Shown here one piece after another: positions 62,850 through 64,000 of a stretch of 64,000 bases of DNA (position 1 is the stretch's first letter; each line of letters opens with the position of its first letter). The notes beneath the pieces are model-generated. The model was not told the origin of the DNA, ran no database searches, and worked only from the letters and a program-made list of their open reading frames with translations. Source of the stretch: Octopus bimaculoides (lineage: Eukaryota). The DNA is taken from positions 21,326,807 through 21,390,806 of the forward strand of contig NC_068994.1 of assembly GCF_001194135.2 (NCBI RefSeq), in the 5' to 3' direction. Position numbers and translations under genes: made by a program.

Positions 62850-63430
62850 TGCTACAAATAATGGTAATTGATTTGAATTTAGGCACAATGCTAAAAATTT
62901 TGAGAAAATGGGGTTAATTGATATCATTAACTCCAGCGCTGTACTGGTACTATATTTATCAAACCTAGAGAGATGAAAGCTAACGTTGACTTCAGTGGGA
63001 TTTGAATTTAGAATGTAAAGAGCTGAAAGAAATACTGCAAAACATTTTATTTTAAAAAAATCTAATGATTCTGCCAATTCACTACCCTTTTCTAGGCACA
63101 AGGTCTGAATTTTCTTTCTTTTTTNNNNNNNNNNGGGGGGCGTTATTTAATTACATTGATTTCAGTACTCAACTGGTAATTATTTCATTGACCCTGAAAG
63201 GATGAAAAGCAAAGTCGACATTGGCAGACTTTGAACTCAGAACAATAAGCTGAAAGAAATGCTGCTAGGCATTTTGTTTGGCACAGTAATGAATTTTGCC
63301 AGCATTCAGAATGATGATGATGACAATGAAGAGGAGGGGGAGGAAAATGAGGAAAAAGATGAGGAAGAGGATTCTTTCTTAATTCAGGCACAAGGCCCAA
63401 AATTTGGGGAGGCAGGGTAAGTTGATTAAA
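62850..63430 (-). mobile_element. Tandem diverged SINE copies
   Basis: actggtactatatttatcaaacctagagagatgaaagctaacgttgac and ctggtaattatttcattgaccctgaaaggatgaaaagcaaagtcgacattggcagactttgaactcag. Confidence 0.75.
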
Positions 63431-63469
63431 CCAACTGAAGTTCTTGACTGGCTAATAATACCTGGACAC

Positions 63470-63900
63470 TGAAAGAGAGCATGAGGAACAGTTTTATAAC
63501 TTTGTATGCATCTTAGAAAGGCTTGACTAACGACATTTCCATGTCTGGTAGTGTCTCTTTATCCAAAACTACCAAGACAAGGATTTCTGGAAGTTATCCA
63601 TAGTCTCTTCTGTATCAGTTCATTCTTCCTGGAGAACACTATCACCTATCCTTAATATATAACTGATATGAAGTTTTCACTGACTGCATTGCTCAACGAG
63701 TTCTTAACATGGGTTCAGAACTGCAGCTCTGTCAAAGAGATGAATTGTAGAATGATGTGCCTTATAAAAAGCCACATCTAATCAGTGTCCAGGAATCTGC
63801 AGATGCCACAACCTCAGTGTATGTCTGCTGTTGATAGACCATCTGACAAATGGAATGCATTTCCTCCAGGCAAAGATTGGAGGCAAGGCATGATGACAGT
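63470..63900 (-). mobile_element. Decayed L1/Tx1-clade LINE C-terminal (zf-RVT-like) fragment
   Basis: Minus-strand MDNFQKSLSW*...RHGNVVSQAFLRCIQSYKTVPHALFQCPG resembles the CxxC...ExxxHxxxxC zinc-binding end of L1/Tx1 ORF2. Confidence 0.55.
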
Positions 63901-64000
63901 CAGGTGGTAGATTACAACAGATGCAATATAAGCACTCACCAATAGCAATGATGGTAGCAGCAGCAACAACAGGAGGGGCAGTGGCAGATGTGGAAGTAGT

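Overview
This is AT-rich, microsatellite- and N-gap-laden animal genomic DNA. The repeat repertoire suggests a coleoid cephalopod, probably Octopus (inference). The one securely identified gene is the 3' half of a CPEB2/3/4 (Drosophila orb2-type) cytoplasmic polyadenylation element-binding protein on the minus strand. Six coding exons (52140-51958, 50929-50840, 49836-49718, 49063-48949, 46709-46528, 42505-42278) splice with GT-AG sites and consistent phases into about 305 aa: linker, RRM1, RRM2 and ZZ zinc finger, ending ...GADRPRAVPFRWC*. The 90-nt exon is missing from the supplied ORF track. The N-terminal exons were not found in the window. The rest is mostly decayed retroelements (RTE, CR1, L1/Tx1-like LINEs, several tRNA-derived SINE families), a Tigger/pogo-type element and simple repeats. 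Best new leads: (1) an unannotated frame-preserving 21-nt (or 9-nt) microexon candidate at 53653-53633 with UGC and UGCAUG motifs, at the position of the vertebrate CPEB4 neuronal microexon; (2) a very weak GTTCAA donor inside RRM1 whose retention would truncate the protein; (3) a possible ~13.5-kb 3'UTR with CPE/poly(A) modules, miRNA seed matches and dsRNA-forming repeats; (4) a palindromic element flanking the RRM2 exon; (5) a putative unannotated plus-strand spliced gene end at 15.7-16.9 kb. All are sequence-only predictions.
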